Assembly: GCA_021199235.1 (NCBI GenBank) | Contig: JAJQIL010000072.1 | Span: 1,806-65,805, forward strand | Direction: 5' to 3' | DNA: 64,000 nt | Source of the DNA: Lachnospiraceae bacterium | GTDB lineage: Bacteria > Bacillota > Clostridia > Lachnospirales > Lachnospiraceae | Shown here: positions 1 to 9,331 of the stretch, piece by piece | How the letters are laid out: each line of letters begins with the position of its first letter | How positions within the stretch are numbered: the first letter of the stretch is position 1 | Position numbers and translations under genes: made by a program | The notes under the pieces: model-generated | The model's database searches: none | What the model was told of the DNA's origin: nothing | Seen by the model: only the letters and a program-made list of their open reading frames with translations

Positions 1-1
1 G

Positions 2-247
2 CTGGTCGATCTGTTCTGTGAAAAATGGGGCGAAGGCCAGTCCTGGATCAATCAGTGCGACAACGGCCCTCATGAGGCAAACTTTTTGAAACTGGACTGC
101 TCGAAGGTAAAGCGCATGTTTGGCTGGAAGCCGCGCTGGCATGTGGAAGAAGCAGTCGCGAAGACGGTGGAATGGGCAAAGGTGTATTACGCGGCGCAGG
201 ATGTACCGGCGTGCATGGAAGCCCAGATCCGGGAGTTCTGCGGGTGA
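2..247 (+). CDS. rfbG: 3' end of CDP-glucose 4,6-dehydratase (partial, runs off window edge)
   Basis: Frame 2 reads ...GPHEANFLKLDCSKVKRMFGWKPRWHVEEAVAKTVEW...CG*, the typical RfbG C-terminus; rfbH lies downstream. Confidence 0.85.
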   Translation: MVDLFCEKWGEGQSWINQCDNGPHEANFLKLDCSKVKRMFGWKPRWHVEEAVAKTVEWAKVYYAAQDVPACMEAQIREFCG

Positions 248-302
248 TACCGGCTGCTGTGAGGGTACGGAACAGTTACATTTTGATAAGGAGAATTTTT
301 TT

Positions 303-3300
303 ATGAAAGGAGAGTTTCTGAAAAGCAATACAATTACAGGGCGGATTTTTTTCATCCTCTGCATTGTATTGCTGGCAGTCTCGGCAGGCGCATTTCAGGT
401 TCATGCCGAAGAGCAGGAATTCTCTTTTTCGGGAGAAGGCACAAAGGATTCCCCTTATTTAATTCAAAGCGTTGAGGATCTGTGTGAATTCCGGGATCTG
501 GTGAATGAGGGAGAAGAGTTTCAGGCCTGTTATTTTTATCAGACAGAGAATCTGGATCTCAGTGGTATAGACTGGATCCCGATTGGTATTTATGAGAGCG
601 GTCATTACTTTTACGGAGTGTATGATGGCGGCGGCCATTATCTGGAGAATCTCTATAGTATCAATCAGTATGAGAATCTGGATGAGGATGAAGCCAGCTA
701 TCCCGGTCTGTTTGGTCAGCTGGCGGGCATCGTTCTGAATCTGGGGATCGAAAGCGGCCGGATAGAGGGGACTCACTGCGGTTCCATTGCCAGCCACGCC
801 GTATCAGGCACATCTCCTTACATTATCAACTGTTATAATAAAGCGGATGTAAAGGGCGTGCGAGCGGGCGGGATTGCGGACAACTTTAGCAGTGGGACGA
901 TTATTAACTGCTGGTACAGTGCTGATACGGACAGTTCGTCGACAGAAGTCTCGGGGCCTGCTTCCTACGATGGAACGCTGGTCGACTGTTTTGGCATCAC
1001 GGACGAGTATGCAGATTCTTATGAAGGAACGATCGTTGCCGCCCGCGAAACCGGTTCGGAATCTGAACTGACGGTTGAAAGCCAGCTGGCGGATGTCGGC
1101 ATCCTCTATCTGCCGGAAGAGATTGATGCAGGTATGCTGATCCCCTGGGAATGGGATGGGGAGGAACTGGTTTTTTCCGGGACTTCCTATGCGGAGATTT
1201 CGGTAAATGCAGACACTGCTTTTGAGGGAGAAGGAACCGAAGAGGAGCCCTATCTGATCCGATCCTGGTCGGATCTGTGTACGTTCCGCTATCTGGTGAA
1301 TCTGGGAAATGAGTTTTCCGGTGTTTACTTTCAGCAGACAGAGGATATCGAAGTAGAAAGCGACGACTGGGTTCCGATTGGTATTTGCGGAAGCGAACAT
1401 TATTTTTATGGTATATATGATGGCGCGGGTCATACCATTACGGGACTGACAACAGAATATCATACGGATTCTGCAAGGGACGGCAAAGGATTTTTTGGAC
1501 AGCTGGGAGGCGTGGTCGCCAATCTCCGACTGGAAGCGGTGGATCTGGAAGGGGCTTATTGCGGCGCGGTTGCGGCGATGTCCGCAAGTAAAAATGAGGA
1601 ACGCACAGCAGCTGTTTTAAACTGTTATGTCAGCGGTTCTCTGACCGGATATCGACTTGGCGGAATCGCGGATTATTTTTCAGAAGCGACGATTGCGAAC
1701 TGTATCAGCGAGGTTACACTTACCTTATATGAAGAGACGGAGGGGATAGAGGAAAGCTGCGGCGGCATTCTTTCTTCCAGTCTGGACACGAAGGTATATG
1801 GATGCCGCACAACGGCGGATCAGGTCATGCCGGAAGCATATAACAGTGCGACATCTGGTGTTATCACGGCACTGGACATGCAGAATGAAGGCTTTGCATT
1901 TAGACAGAATATACGCACTGCACTGACACAGGAACTGTTCGCGAATCAGTTTGGCGTTCGCCTTTTGCAGTGGGAGCTCGACGGTGAGGGTTTCCTGCAA
2001 TTTGGGGAAGGAAATTTTTATATCCTGCTGTTTGACTGGATTAATATATATTTACTCCCGTGCCTGATGCTGATTTTTATATTTGCAGCTTTTATATGGA
2101 TAAAAAGGACGGGGATTAAGGAGTTTGAAAATAAATATCGTCAGCAGATTTCTGCGGTTATGATCATATCGGCGATCATTTCCGTGTTCGTGGATCTTGC
2201 CGCGCCCGGAACCGCTAAGGAAGCACTGTGCGCCGGCAATATCTGTTTTATAACAGAGGTAAATATTGTCTTTATAATTTCATTCCTGTTATCTGTACGG
2301 AAGCTTCCTGTTAAACGCGGAAGCATTACAGGCACTGCTGCAGTGTCAGCAGTCATGCTGCTGATACTGATACTGGAACTGCAGCAGTTTGGCATTACGC
2401 CGCTGTATGATGCCTCCTTATATTACGGAAGCCTTGTGAGAGGAGTGAAATTATTTCGTCTGGATCTGTTCAGCTATATCGGGGCTTTTGTGTGCTGGAA
2501 ATGGGCGCAGGGAAGTGCCCTGCTGATCGCTCCGCTTGAGTTTCTGTTTCCCGGGCAGATGATCGGAGTATATGTGTCTGATATTGTGATCACGGAGGTC
2601 ACTGTTGTGATCATGTACAGACTGATCCGGGAAACAGTAAATGAATGTCCTCCTGTGGTCGCGGCTCTGTCTGGCGCTGTTTTGATTTTTTGCCCGTACC
2701 AGCTGGGGATGTTTACGTATCTTAACCTTGACACGTACCTTTCCTGTTACGTGATCTGGCTGCTGTACAGTTATAAACGCAAAAACAACCTGATGATCGC
2801 ATTCTGCGGCTATCTGCTTTGCTTTACTAAAATAACCGGCGGCGTATTTTATGTCTGCTTTCTTGTGGCAGCTTCCATATATGACGCCTGCAGACGGTAT
2901 ACCGGATCCCTGCCGAAACGTCTGGCCGGAGAGTGGAACTGGTTCAAATGTATCGTGTGGGTGCTTCCGGGCTTTCTCTATCTGGGAGCTTTTCTGTTCG
3001 GAGACTGGCTGACCATACAATACTTTGACGGTGCCTATATCATCTCAGTCATGGCGTCGGCTAAAACGGCGGTTTCGATAGGAAATACTTTCGTTCAGGC
3101 CTTCGTCTTCGGACTGCGCTGGCTGTTCCTGCTCATTATTGTTTTTGCAGGGGTTTTGTGGCTGGTACGTCCCTCGAAACGTTATCAGACATTAAACCGG
3201 GAAGGTGCCCAAATGGTTTGCGGAATACTCGCAGGCACTGTGTTTGTTATTATTATGCTGCTGATGTATAACGGCAATGCGGAATGTCCCAGATACACGG

Positions 3301-3983
3301 CAATTCTGAATTCCGTATATTGCATTTTGCTTCCGGTTGCTGTATTATTTCTTGGGTCCCGGACGCTGTTCCGGACCTCATGCATGGGTATTCTGACGGT
3401 ACTGATGCTGATACAGACATACTGGACGATTGATCCGGTTATCCTGGCACATGGGACGGGGATTGATACGGGGAAGAAAACTCTGTATCGACTGGCTCTC
3501 GATCATGATTCCCGCGCAGGGATGAATCTGGGGCTGGAATACAGTGAATACGCGGTTGTCGGAGACATTTATGCGTATAATATAGAGTACAGCTATTATA
3601 ACGGCCTGATCCGGGAGATCATGAGTGAAATTGATCCCACGGAAGAAGATACGTTTTACATTCTGGATCTGATGACATATGAGATGCATCTGAGCGGGGA
3701 GCAGTATCCCATTTACTGGAACTCCAGACTGAAAAAAATGACATATGACGGTGAGGATGAAGACAGTATTTTACTTCAGCAGGAGAGCATAAAAACAGAA
3801 GAGCTCTGTTCAGCTGATATTGGAGAACTGGAGCTGGAAAAGGATTTTTATCTGGTGGCTGCATCGCGCGTAGATGAACAGGCCGCGGTCGACCGGCTTC
3901 TGGAAGAAGGATATGAAGTAATGGAAACTTATGAAGCGGAGAACGCGTATGGGGCAATGAATGTGTACCATCTTGTTCAATAG
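303..3983 (+). CDS. Signal peptide + two GLUG/ZmpB-like extracellular domains + multi-pass GT-C-like membrane domain
   Basis: ATG at 303 after AAGGAG (the ORF-track start at 120 overlaps rfbG). Two repeats of FxGxGTxxxPYLI...DWxPIG...YFYGxYDGxGH...GxFG; >10 hydrophobic segments after about aa 580; PLYDASLYY loop. Confidence 0.7.
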   Translation: MKGEFLKSNTITGRIFFILCIVLLAVSAGAFQVHAEEQEFSFSGEGTKDSPYLIQSVEDLCEFRDLVNEGEEFQACYFYQTENLDLSGIDWIPIGIYESGHYFYGVYDGGGHYLENLYSINQYENLDEDEASYPGLFGQLAGIVLNLGIESGRIEGTHCGSIASHAVSGTSPYIINCYNKADVKGVRAGGIADNFSSGTIINCWYSADTDSSSTEVSGPASYDGTLVDCFGITDEYADSYEGTIVAARETGSESELTVESQLADVGILYLPEEIDAGMLIPWEWDGEELVFSGTSYAEISVNADTAFEGEGTEEEPYLIRSWSDLCTFRYLVNLGNEFSGVYFQQTEDIEVESDDWVPIGICGSEHYFYGIYDGAGHTITGLTTEYHTDSARDGKGFFGQLGGVVANLRLEAVDLEGAYCGAVAAMSASKNEERTAAVLNCYVSGSLTGYRLGGIADYFSEATIANCISEVTLTLYEETEGIEESCGGILSSSLDTKVYGCRTTADQVMPEAYNSATSGVITALDMQNEGFAFRQNIRTALTQELFANQFGVRLLQWELDGEGFLQFGEGNFYILLFDWINIYLLPCLMLIFIFAAFIWIKRTGIKEFENKYRQQISAVMIISAIISVFVDLAAPGTAKEALCAGNICFITEVNIVFIISFLLSVRKLPVKRGSITGTAAVSAVMLLILILELQQFGITPLYDASLYYGSLVRGVKLFRLDLFSYIGAFVCWKWAQGSALLIAPLEFLFPGQMIGVYVSDIVITEVTVVIMYRLIRETVNECPPVVAALSGAVLIFCPYQLGMFTYLNLDTYLSCYVIWLLYSYKRKNNLMIAFCGYLLCFTKITGGVFYVCFLVAASIYDACRRYTGSLPKRLAGEWNWFKCIVWVLPGFLYLGAFLFGDWLTIQYFDGAYIISVMASAKTAVSIGNTFVQAFVFGLRWLFLLIIVFAGVLWLVRPSKRYQTLNREGAQMVCGILAGTVFVIIMLLMYNGNAECPRYTAILNSVYCILLPVAVLFLGSRTLFRTSCMGILTVLMLIQTYWTIDPVILAHGTGIDTGKKTLYRLALDHDSRAGMNLGLEYSEYAVVGDIYAYNIEYSYYNGLIREIMSEIDPTEEDTFYILDLMTYEMHLSGEQYPIYWNSRLKKMTYDGEDEDSILLQQESIKTEELCSADIGELELEKDFYLVAASRVDEQAAVDRLLEEGYEVMETYEAENAYGAMNVYHLVQ

Positions 3984-3990
3984 TCCCAAA

Positions 3991-4048
3991 CAGCAGCAAA
4001 AGGAAAGGCTGAACCCTCAGGACTGCAAAGGGCAGCAGCAAAAGGAAA
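3991..4048 (+). repeat. 16-bp direct repeat pair CAGCAGCAAAAGGAAA (period 42 bp)
   Basis: Copies at 3991-4006 and 4033-4048, intergenic. Confidence 0.9.
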
Positions 4049-4067
4049 AGAGAGGAATTAACAGGCT

Positions 4068-5408
4068 ATGAATCACTGGGAGAATGAGACAGAGGCGCGC
4101 GAAGAGATTAAAAGTATGGTAACGGAGTATTACCATCAGTTCAAGGAGAAGAAAGACGACTTCCATGAAGGAGATCGCATCTCCTACGCCTCAAGGGTAT
4201 ATGACGAAAAGGAAATGTGTGCACTGACGGATGCGGCTCTGGACTTCTGGCTGACGACAGGACGCTTCGCGGATCAGTTTGAAAAGGAGTTCGCGAAGTG
4301 GATCGGTGTGCGTTACGCGCATCTGGTCAACAGCGGTTCTTCCGCGAATCTGATCGCGTTCATGGCGCTGACGGCGCCGGAACTGGGAGAAAGACAGATC
4401 CGGCGGGGGGATGAGATCATCACCGTCGCCTGCGGATTCCCCACCACTGTGACGCCGATCCTGAATTACGGCGCGGTGCCGGTCTTCGTGGATGTGACCG
4501 TTCCACAGTACAATATTGATGTCACAAAGCTGGAGGCGGCTCTGTCGGAAAAGACGAAGGCCGTCATGATCGCGCATACGCTGGGCAATCCGTTTGACCT
4601 TCAGCAGGTGAAGGCGTTCTGCGACGCGCACAACCTCTGGCTGGTGGAGGACAACTGCGACGCGCTCGGCACGCAGTACACGATCAATGGTGAGACGAAA
4701 TACACCGGCACCTGGGGCGACATCGGGACCAGCAGCTTCTATCCGCCGCATCATATGACGATGGGCGAGGGCGGATGCGTCTATACGGACAATCCCCTGC
4801 TTCATAAGCTGATCCTGTCTTATCGCGACTGGGGACGCGACTGCATCTGCCCGTCCGGAAAAGACAATTTCTGCGGCCACCGGTTTGACGGACAGCACGG
4901 CGAGCTGCCGCAGGGCTATGACCATAAATATGTCTACAGCCATTTCGGATATAACTTAAAAGTGACGGATCTGCAGGCGGCGATCGGCTGCGAGCAGCTG
5001 AAAAAATTCCCGTCCTTTATCGAACGCCGCCGGCACAACTGGGACAGGCTGCACGCGGCGCTGGAGGGCGCGCAGGATCGGCTGATCCTGCCGGAACCGG
5101 CTGATCACAGCCGCCCGTCATGGTTTGGCTTCCTGATCAGTGTGAAAGAAGAAAGCGGCCTGGAACGCAACAAAGTGACCCGCTACATTGAAGATCACAA
5201 TGTACAGACAAGACTTTTGTTTTCCGGGAACCTGATCAAACATCCCTGCTTTGACCAGATCCGCGGCACGGACGCGTACCGGGTGGCGGGAAGCCTGGAC
5301 GCGACGGAATTTATCATGAACAACACATTCTGGGTGGGCGTTTACCCGGGCATGACGGATGAGATGATCGACTATATGGCGAAGGTGATACTTGAAGCGA
5401 TAGGGTAA
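4068..5408 (+). CDS. rfbH: CDP-4-keto-6-deoxy-D-glucose 3-dehydrase (E1, PMP/Fe-S; DegT/DnrJ superfamily)
   Basis: SSFYPPHHMTMGEGG has His in place of the Schiff-base Lys; RDWGRDCxCxxGxDNxCG Fe-S motif; GYDHKYVYSHFGYNLK. Confidence 0.92.
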   Translation: MNHWENETEAREEIKSMVTEYYHQFKEKKDDFHEGDRISYASRVYDEKEMCALTDAALDFWLTTGRFADQFEKEFAKWIGVRYAHLVNSGSSANLIAFMALTAPELGERQIRRGDEIITVACGFPTTVTPILNYGAVPVFVDVTVPQYNIDVTKLEAALSEKTKAVMIAHTLGNPFDLQQVKAFCDAHNLWLVEDNCDALGTQYTINGETKYTGTWGDIGTSSFYPPHHMTMGEGGCVYTDNPLLHKLILSYRDWGRDCICPSGKDNFCGHRFDGQHGELPQGYDHKYVYSHFGYNLKVTDLQAAIGCEQLKKFPSFIERRRHNWDRLHAALEGAQDRLILPEPADHSRPSWFGFLISVKEESGLERNKVTRYIEDHNVQTRLLFSGNLIKHPCFDQIRGTDAYRVAGSLDATEFIMNNTFWVGVYPGMTDEMIDYMAKVILEAIG

Positions 5409-5490
5409 CAATTCAGGGCGGCACCTCGCACCTGCTGCTTCTTCCTGGCAGGTGCGGTTAACAGAGAAACAGGAAAAAGGAGACGACAGG

Positions 5491-7326
5491 ATGAAACAGA
5501 GATTAGCGGATTATGTGGCGGATTTTCTGGTGGAGCACGGTGTGACCGACTGTTTCAGCGTGGTCGGCGGCGGCGCGATGCACTTAAATGACGCGCTGGG
5601 TCATAAAGAAGGCCTGAAAGTGACATACAATCATCATGAACAGGCCTGCGCGATTGCAGCGGAAGCCTATGCACGCCTTGACAATAAGATCGCGGCTGTC
5701 TGTGTCACGACAGGCCCTGGCGGCACGAACGCGTTGACAGGAGTTGTCGGCGGATGGCTGGATTCGATTCCGATGTTTATTATCAGCGGCCAGGTCCGCT
5801 ATGATACGACGGCCAGATATGCGCTGCAGTATACGGGGACCCCGCTGCGGGCGATGGGGGATCAGGAGTATGATATCGTAAAATCGGTGGAGCCGATGAC
5901 AAAATACGCGACCATGATCGAGGATCCTGCGCAGATCCGCCATGCGCTTGAAAAAGGCTGGCATCTTGCTACAACCGGCCGGCCGGGACCGGTCTGGATC
6001 GACATTCCTGTGAATTATCAGGGCGGCTATATTGAAACGGACGATCTGGAAGGCTACGATCCGGCAGAGGATGACGCGCTTCTTCCGCCGCAGGTCTCTG
6101 ATGGGACGATCGATGTCGTCCTGGAAAAGATAAAGAACGCAAAACGGCCGGTCTTCCATGCGGGATATGGGATCCGGCTTTCCGGAGGGTATGAAGCCTT
6201 CCGCGAGGCGGCGGACAGGCTGCAGATCCCGGTCGTCACCTACTGGAATGCGGCGGATCTGATCGAGGACGATAACCCGCTGTACTGCGGCCGTGCCGGG
6301 AATATGGGAGACCGTCCGGGGAACTGGGCGATCCAAAACGCGGATCTGATCCTTGCGGTCGGCACGAGAATCTCCATCCGGCAGGTGGGATATAACTGGA
6401 AGACATGGGCCCGTGCCGCGGAAGTGATCATGGTCGATATTGATCAGGCAGAGATGAAAAAGCCCACGTTGCATGTGGATATGCCCATCTGGGCGGACGC
6501 GAAGGATTTTCTGACAAAGTTGAATCGGAGAATTGCAGAAACGCCTGTCAGTACAGCTTTTGACTGGCTTGCGACCTGCCAGCGCTGGAAGAGAGAGTAT
6601 CCTGTGGTGCGGCCGCGTCAGTGGGAAGAGAATGGATCGACAGCGAATGTGTACGCGTTTGTGCGCTATCTTTCCAGCCGGCTTCCGGAAAACAGCCTCA
6701 CAGCGGTATCGAACGGAGCCTGCTGCGTGGTAGGCAATCAGGCTTATGTAATCCAGAAGGGAAGCCGCATGGCCAACAACAGCGCGATCGCCAGCATGGG
6801 GTACGGCCTTCCGGCCGCGATCGGCACCTGCATCGGCGGCGGCAGGAAGACCACGATCTGCCTGGAGGGCGACGGCAGTATTATGATGAATCTGCAGGAG
6901 CTGCAGACTGTGCTGACCAATCAGCTTCCCATTAAGCTGTTTCTGATCAACAACAGCGGTTATCATTCGATCCGCATCACGCAGACCAACCTGTTCGGAG
7001 AGCATACGAAGGTGGGGATCGGGCCGGAATCCGGCGACCTTTCTTTCCCGGAGTTCCGGAAGATCGCGGAAGCGTTTGGGTATCCTTATTACAGTGCTTC
7101 CAGCAACGCCGAGATGAAAGAGGCCGTGGATCAGGTGCTCTCGACGGACGGGCCGGTATTCTGCGAAATCTTTACGGACACAAAGCAGGTATGGGAGCCG
7201 AAGAGCAGCACGAAGCGTCTGGAGGACGGGACACTTGTCAGCCCGCCGCTCGAAGATCTTGCTCCGTTCCTTCCAAAAGAGGAACTTGAAAGGAATATGT
7301 TTATACCTCTGGTGCCGGAGCAGTAA
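5491..7326 (+). CDS. TPP-dependent acetolactate-synthase-like enzyme, YerE-like branched-sugar carboligase
   Basis: HHEQACAIAAEAY, TTGPGGTN, GDGSIMMNLQEL...NN TPP motif; located in a CDP-sugar cluster; ATG at 5491 after AAGGAG. Confidence 0.85.
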   Translation: MKQRLADYVADFLVEHGVTDCFSVVGGGAMHLNDALGHKEGLKVTYNHHEQACAIAAEAYARLDNKIAAVCVTTGPGGTNALTGVVGGWLDSIPMFIISGQVRYDTTARYALQYTGTPLRAMGDQEYDIVKSVEPMTKYATMIEDPAQIRHALEKGWHLATTGRPGPVWIDIPVNYQGGYIETDDLEGYDPAEDDALLPPQVSDGTIDVVLEKIKNAKRPVFHAGYGIRLSGGYEAFREAADRLQIPVVTYWNAADLIEDDNPLYCGRAGNMGDRPGNWAIQNADLILAVGTRISIRQVGYNWKTWARAAEVIMVDIDQAEMKKPTLHVDMPIWADAKDFLTKLNRRIAETPVSTAFDWLATCQRWKREYPVVRPRQWEENGSTANVYAFVRYLSSRLPENSLTAVSNGACCVVGNQAYVIQKGSRMANNSAIASMGYGLPAAIGTCIGGGRKTTICLEGDGSIMMNLQELQTVLTNQLPIKLFLINNSGYHSIRITQTNLFGEHTKVGIGPESGDLSFPEFRKIAEAFGYPYYSASSNAEMKEAVDQVLSTDGPVFCEIFTDTKQVWEPKSSTKRLEDGTLVSPPLEDLAPFLPKEELERNMFIPLVPEQ

Positions 7327-7331
7327 AATAT

Positions 7332-7409
7332 GGATACCCGCGCCATGCAAATCGTCCTGCGGACGATGGGCGCGGGCTGCGTCCCCCGGTTTCGGTGGAA
7401 ACCGGGGAC
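7332..7409 (+). repeat. Family-1 double-hairpin palindromic element, copy A
   Basis: GGATA CCCGCGCC ATGCAA ATCGTCC TGC GGACGAT G GGCGCGGG CTGC GTCCCCCGGTTTC GGTG GAAACCGGGGAC; same architecture as copies at 47124, 50093, 51881, 53478 and 57909. Confidence 0.75.
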
Positions 7410-7437
7410 AATATACAATATACAGGTGGAACGGATT

Positions 7438-8376
7438 ATGATACACAGAACGATCAGAAATGCGGTGGTGACGGGACCTACCGGAGCGATTGGAGCAGCT
7501 TTGTGCGAAAAACTTCTGTCGGAAGGAATTCACGTATGGGCGGTCTGCCGTCCGGGGAGTGCGCGGGCAGCTGATCTGCCCGAGGATGAGAATCTGCATA
7601 TTCTGTACTGCGACGCGAAGGATATTCTGACGCTTGCCGATCAGATCCCTGTCAGGCAGCAGGCTTTCTTTCATCTGGCCTGGGCCCATACGATCGGAGA
7701 GGGCCGGAACAACATGATCGCCCAGACAGAAAATATACAATATACCCTGTATGCGGTGCAGTGCGCCGCAAAGCTCGGCTGTCAGGTATTTATCGGAGCC
7801 GGAAGCCAGGCGGAATACGGCAGGGTAAACGGCCCGCTTCACGCGGATACTCCCTGCAATCCTGAAAACGGATACGGTATGGCCAAGCTGTGTGCGGGGC
7901 AGATGAGCCGTATTGAAGCCGGAAAGCTCGGGATCGCGCATATCTGGCCGCGGGTATTGTCAGTATATGGTCCGCATGAGTGTTCAACTACGATGACATC
8001 ATTTTTGGCAGAGACTCTTTTGAAAAACGAGAAGTCGGCTCTGACAGCGGGAGAACAGATATGGGATTATCTGTATTCCGCGGACGCCGCGGATGCCTTT
8101 TACCGGATGGCTTTATCCGGCAGGGATGGGGCCGTGTATCCTCTCGGAAGCGGCGAAGCACGTCCTCTGAAGGAGTATGTGGGCATGATCCGGGATGCGA
8201 TCGATCCGGCTCTGCCGCTGGGACTGGGTGAGATTCCCTACGGAAAGCTTCAGGTCATGCATCTGGAAGCGGATATCAGCGCTCTGAAAGAAGATACCGG
8301 CTTTGAGGTACATACGGATTTTGCGGAAGGCATCAAAAAGACGATAGACTGGATCAGGAGTCGGGAAAATGAGTGA
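7438..8376 (+). CDS. NAD-dependent epimerase/dehydratase/reductase (extended SDR)
   Basis: VVTGPTGAIG Rossmann motif; GSQAEYG; YGMAK (YxxxK). Confidence 0.88.
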   Translation: MIHRTIRNAVVTGPTGAIGAALCEKLLSEGIHVWAVCRPGSARAADLPEDENLHILYCDAKDILTLADQIPVRQQAFFHLAWAHTIGEGRNNMIAQTENIQYTLYAVQCAAKLGCQVFIGAGSQAEYGRVNGPLHADTPCNPENGYGMAKLCAGQMSRIEAGKLGIAHIWPRVLSVYGPHECSTTMTSFLAETLLKNEKSALTAGEQIWDYLYSADAADAFYRMALSGRDGAVYPLGSGEARPLKEYVGMIRDAIDPALPLGLGEIPYGKLQVMHLEADISALKEDTGFEVHTDFAEGIKKTIDWIRSRENE

Positions 8377-9331
8377 AGAAAAGAAAAAAATATCCGTGAT
8401 GATCCCCTGCTATAATGAGGAAGAAAATGTGGTTCCCATCAGCGAGGCGGTCGTAGACATTTTAAATAAAGAACTGCCGGAGTATGATTATGAAATCCTT
8501 TTTATCGACAATTGCTCTACGGATAGAACCAGGGATCTGCTCCGGGCTATCTGCAGTCAGAACCCGAAGATCAGAGCAATTCTGAACGCCAGGAACTTCG
8601 GACAGTTTAACTCCCCTTACTATGGACTGTGCCAGACAACGGGAGACTGTACGATCTCGCTGTGCTGCGATTTTCAGGATCCGGTGGAGCTGATCCCGGT
8701 ATTCGTTCACGAATGGGAAAAGGGCTATAAGATCGTGAGCGGGATCAAGACGTCCAGTAAGGAAAACCGGTTTATTTACTTTTTAAGAACCGTATATTAT
8801 AAACTGATCAAGAATATGTCGTCCGTGGATATGATCGAGCATTTTACCGGCTTCGGACTTTACGATAAGGATTTTATCCAGCTGCTTCGCGATCTGGAAG
8901 ATCCCATCCCGTTTATCCGGGGCGTGGTTGCGGAATTTGGCTATAAACGCAAAGAAATCGAATACGAGCAGCCGAAACGGAGAGCCGGCAAAACACACAA
9001 CAATTTCTATTCTCTGTACGATGCCGCCATGCTGAGCTTTACTTCCTACACGAAGGTTGGCCTGCGGCTGGCAAGCTTTGCAGGGTATATCTGTGCATTT
9101 TTCAGTTTTATCGTCGGAATCGTATATTTTATCCTGAAGCTTCTGAACTGGAACAGCTTTTCAGCGGGCATGGCGCCGCTGGTCATCGGACTGTTTTTCC
9201 TTTCCGGCGTTGAACTGATCTTTATCGGTTTTCTGGGTGAGTATGTCATGAATATCAATCAGAGAGTCATGAACCGGCCGCTGGTGGTAGAAGAAGAAAG
9301 GATTAATTTTGATGAACAGCGTGATAAGTAA
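8369..9331 (+). CDS. GT2 polyprenol-phosphate glycosyltransferase (GtrB-like)
   Basis: IPCYNEEEN, FIDNCSTD, RNFG, CDFQDP, two C-terminal TM helices. Confidence 0.9.
   Translation: MSEEKKKISVMIPCYNEEENVVPISEAVVDILNKELPEYDYEILFIDNCSTDRTRDLLRAICSQNPKIRAILNARNFGQFNSPYYGLCQTTGDCTISLCCDFQDPVELIPVFVHEWEKGYKIVSGIKTSSKENRFIYFLRTVYYKLIKNMSSVDMIEHFTGFGLYDKDFIQLLRDLEDPIPFIRGVVAEFGYKRKEIEYEQPKRRAGKTHNNFYSLYDAAMLSFTSYTKVGLRLASFAGYICAFFSFIVGIVYFILKLLNWNSFSAGMAPLVIGLFFLSGVELIFIGFLGEYVMNINQRVMNRPLVVEEERINFDEQRDK

Noticed and set aside
120-302. N-terminal 61 aa of the 1287-aa ORF
   Set aside because: Overlaps the rfbG tail in another frame; the RBS and signal peptide point to ATG 303
5584-7941. 785-aa minus-strand ORF and other long antisense ORFs (e.g. 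4191, 22923, 31830)
   Set aside because: Shadow frames of well-supported GC-rich genes; no motifs or RBS
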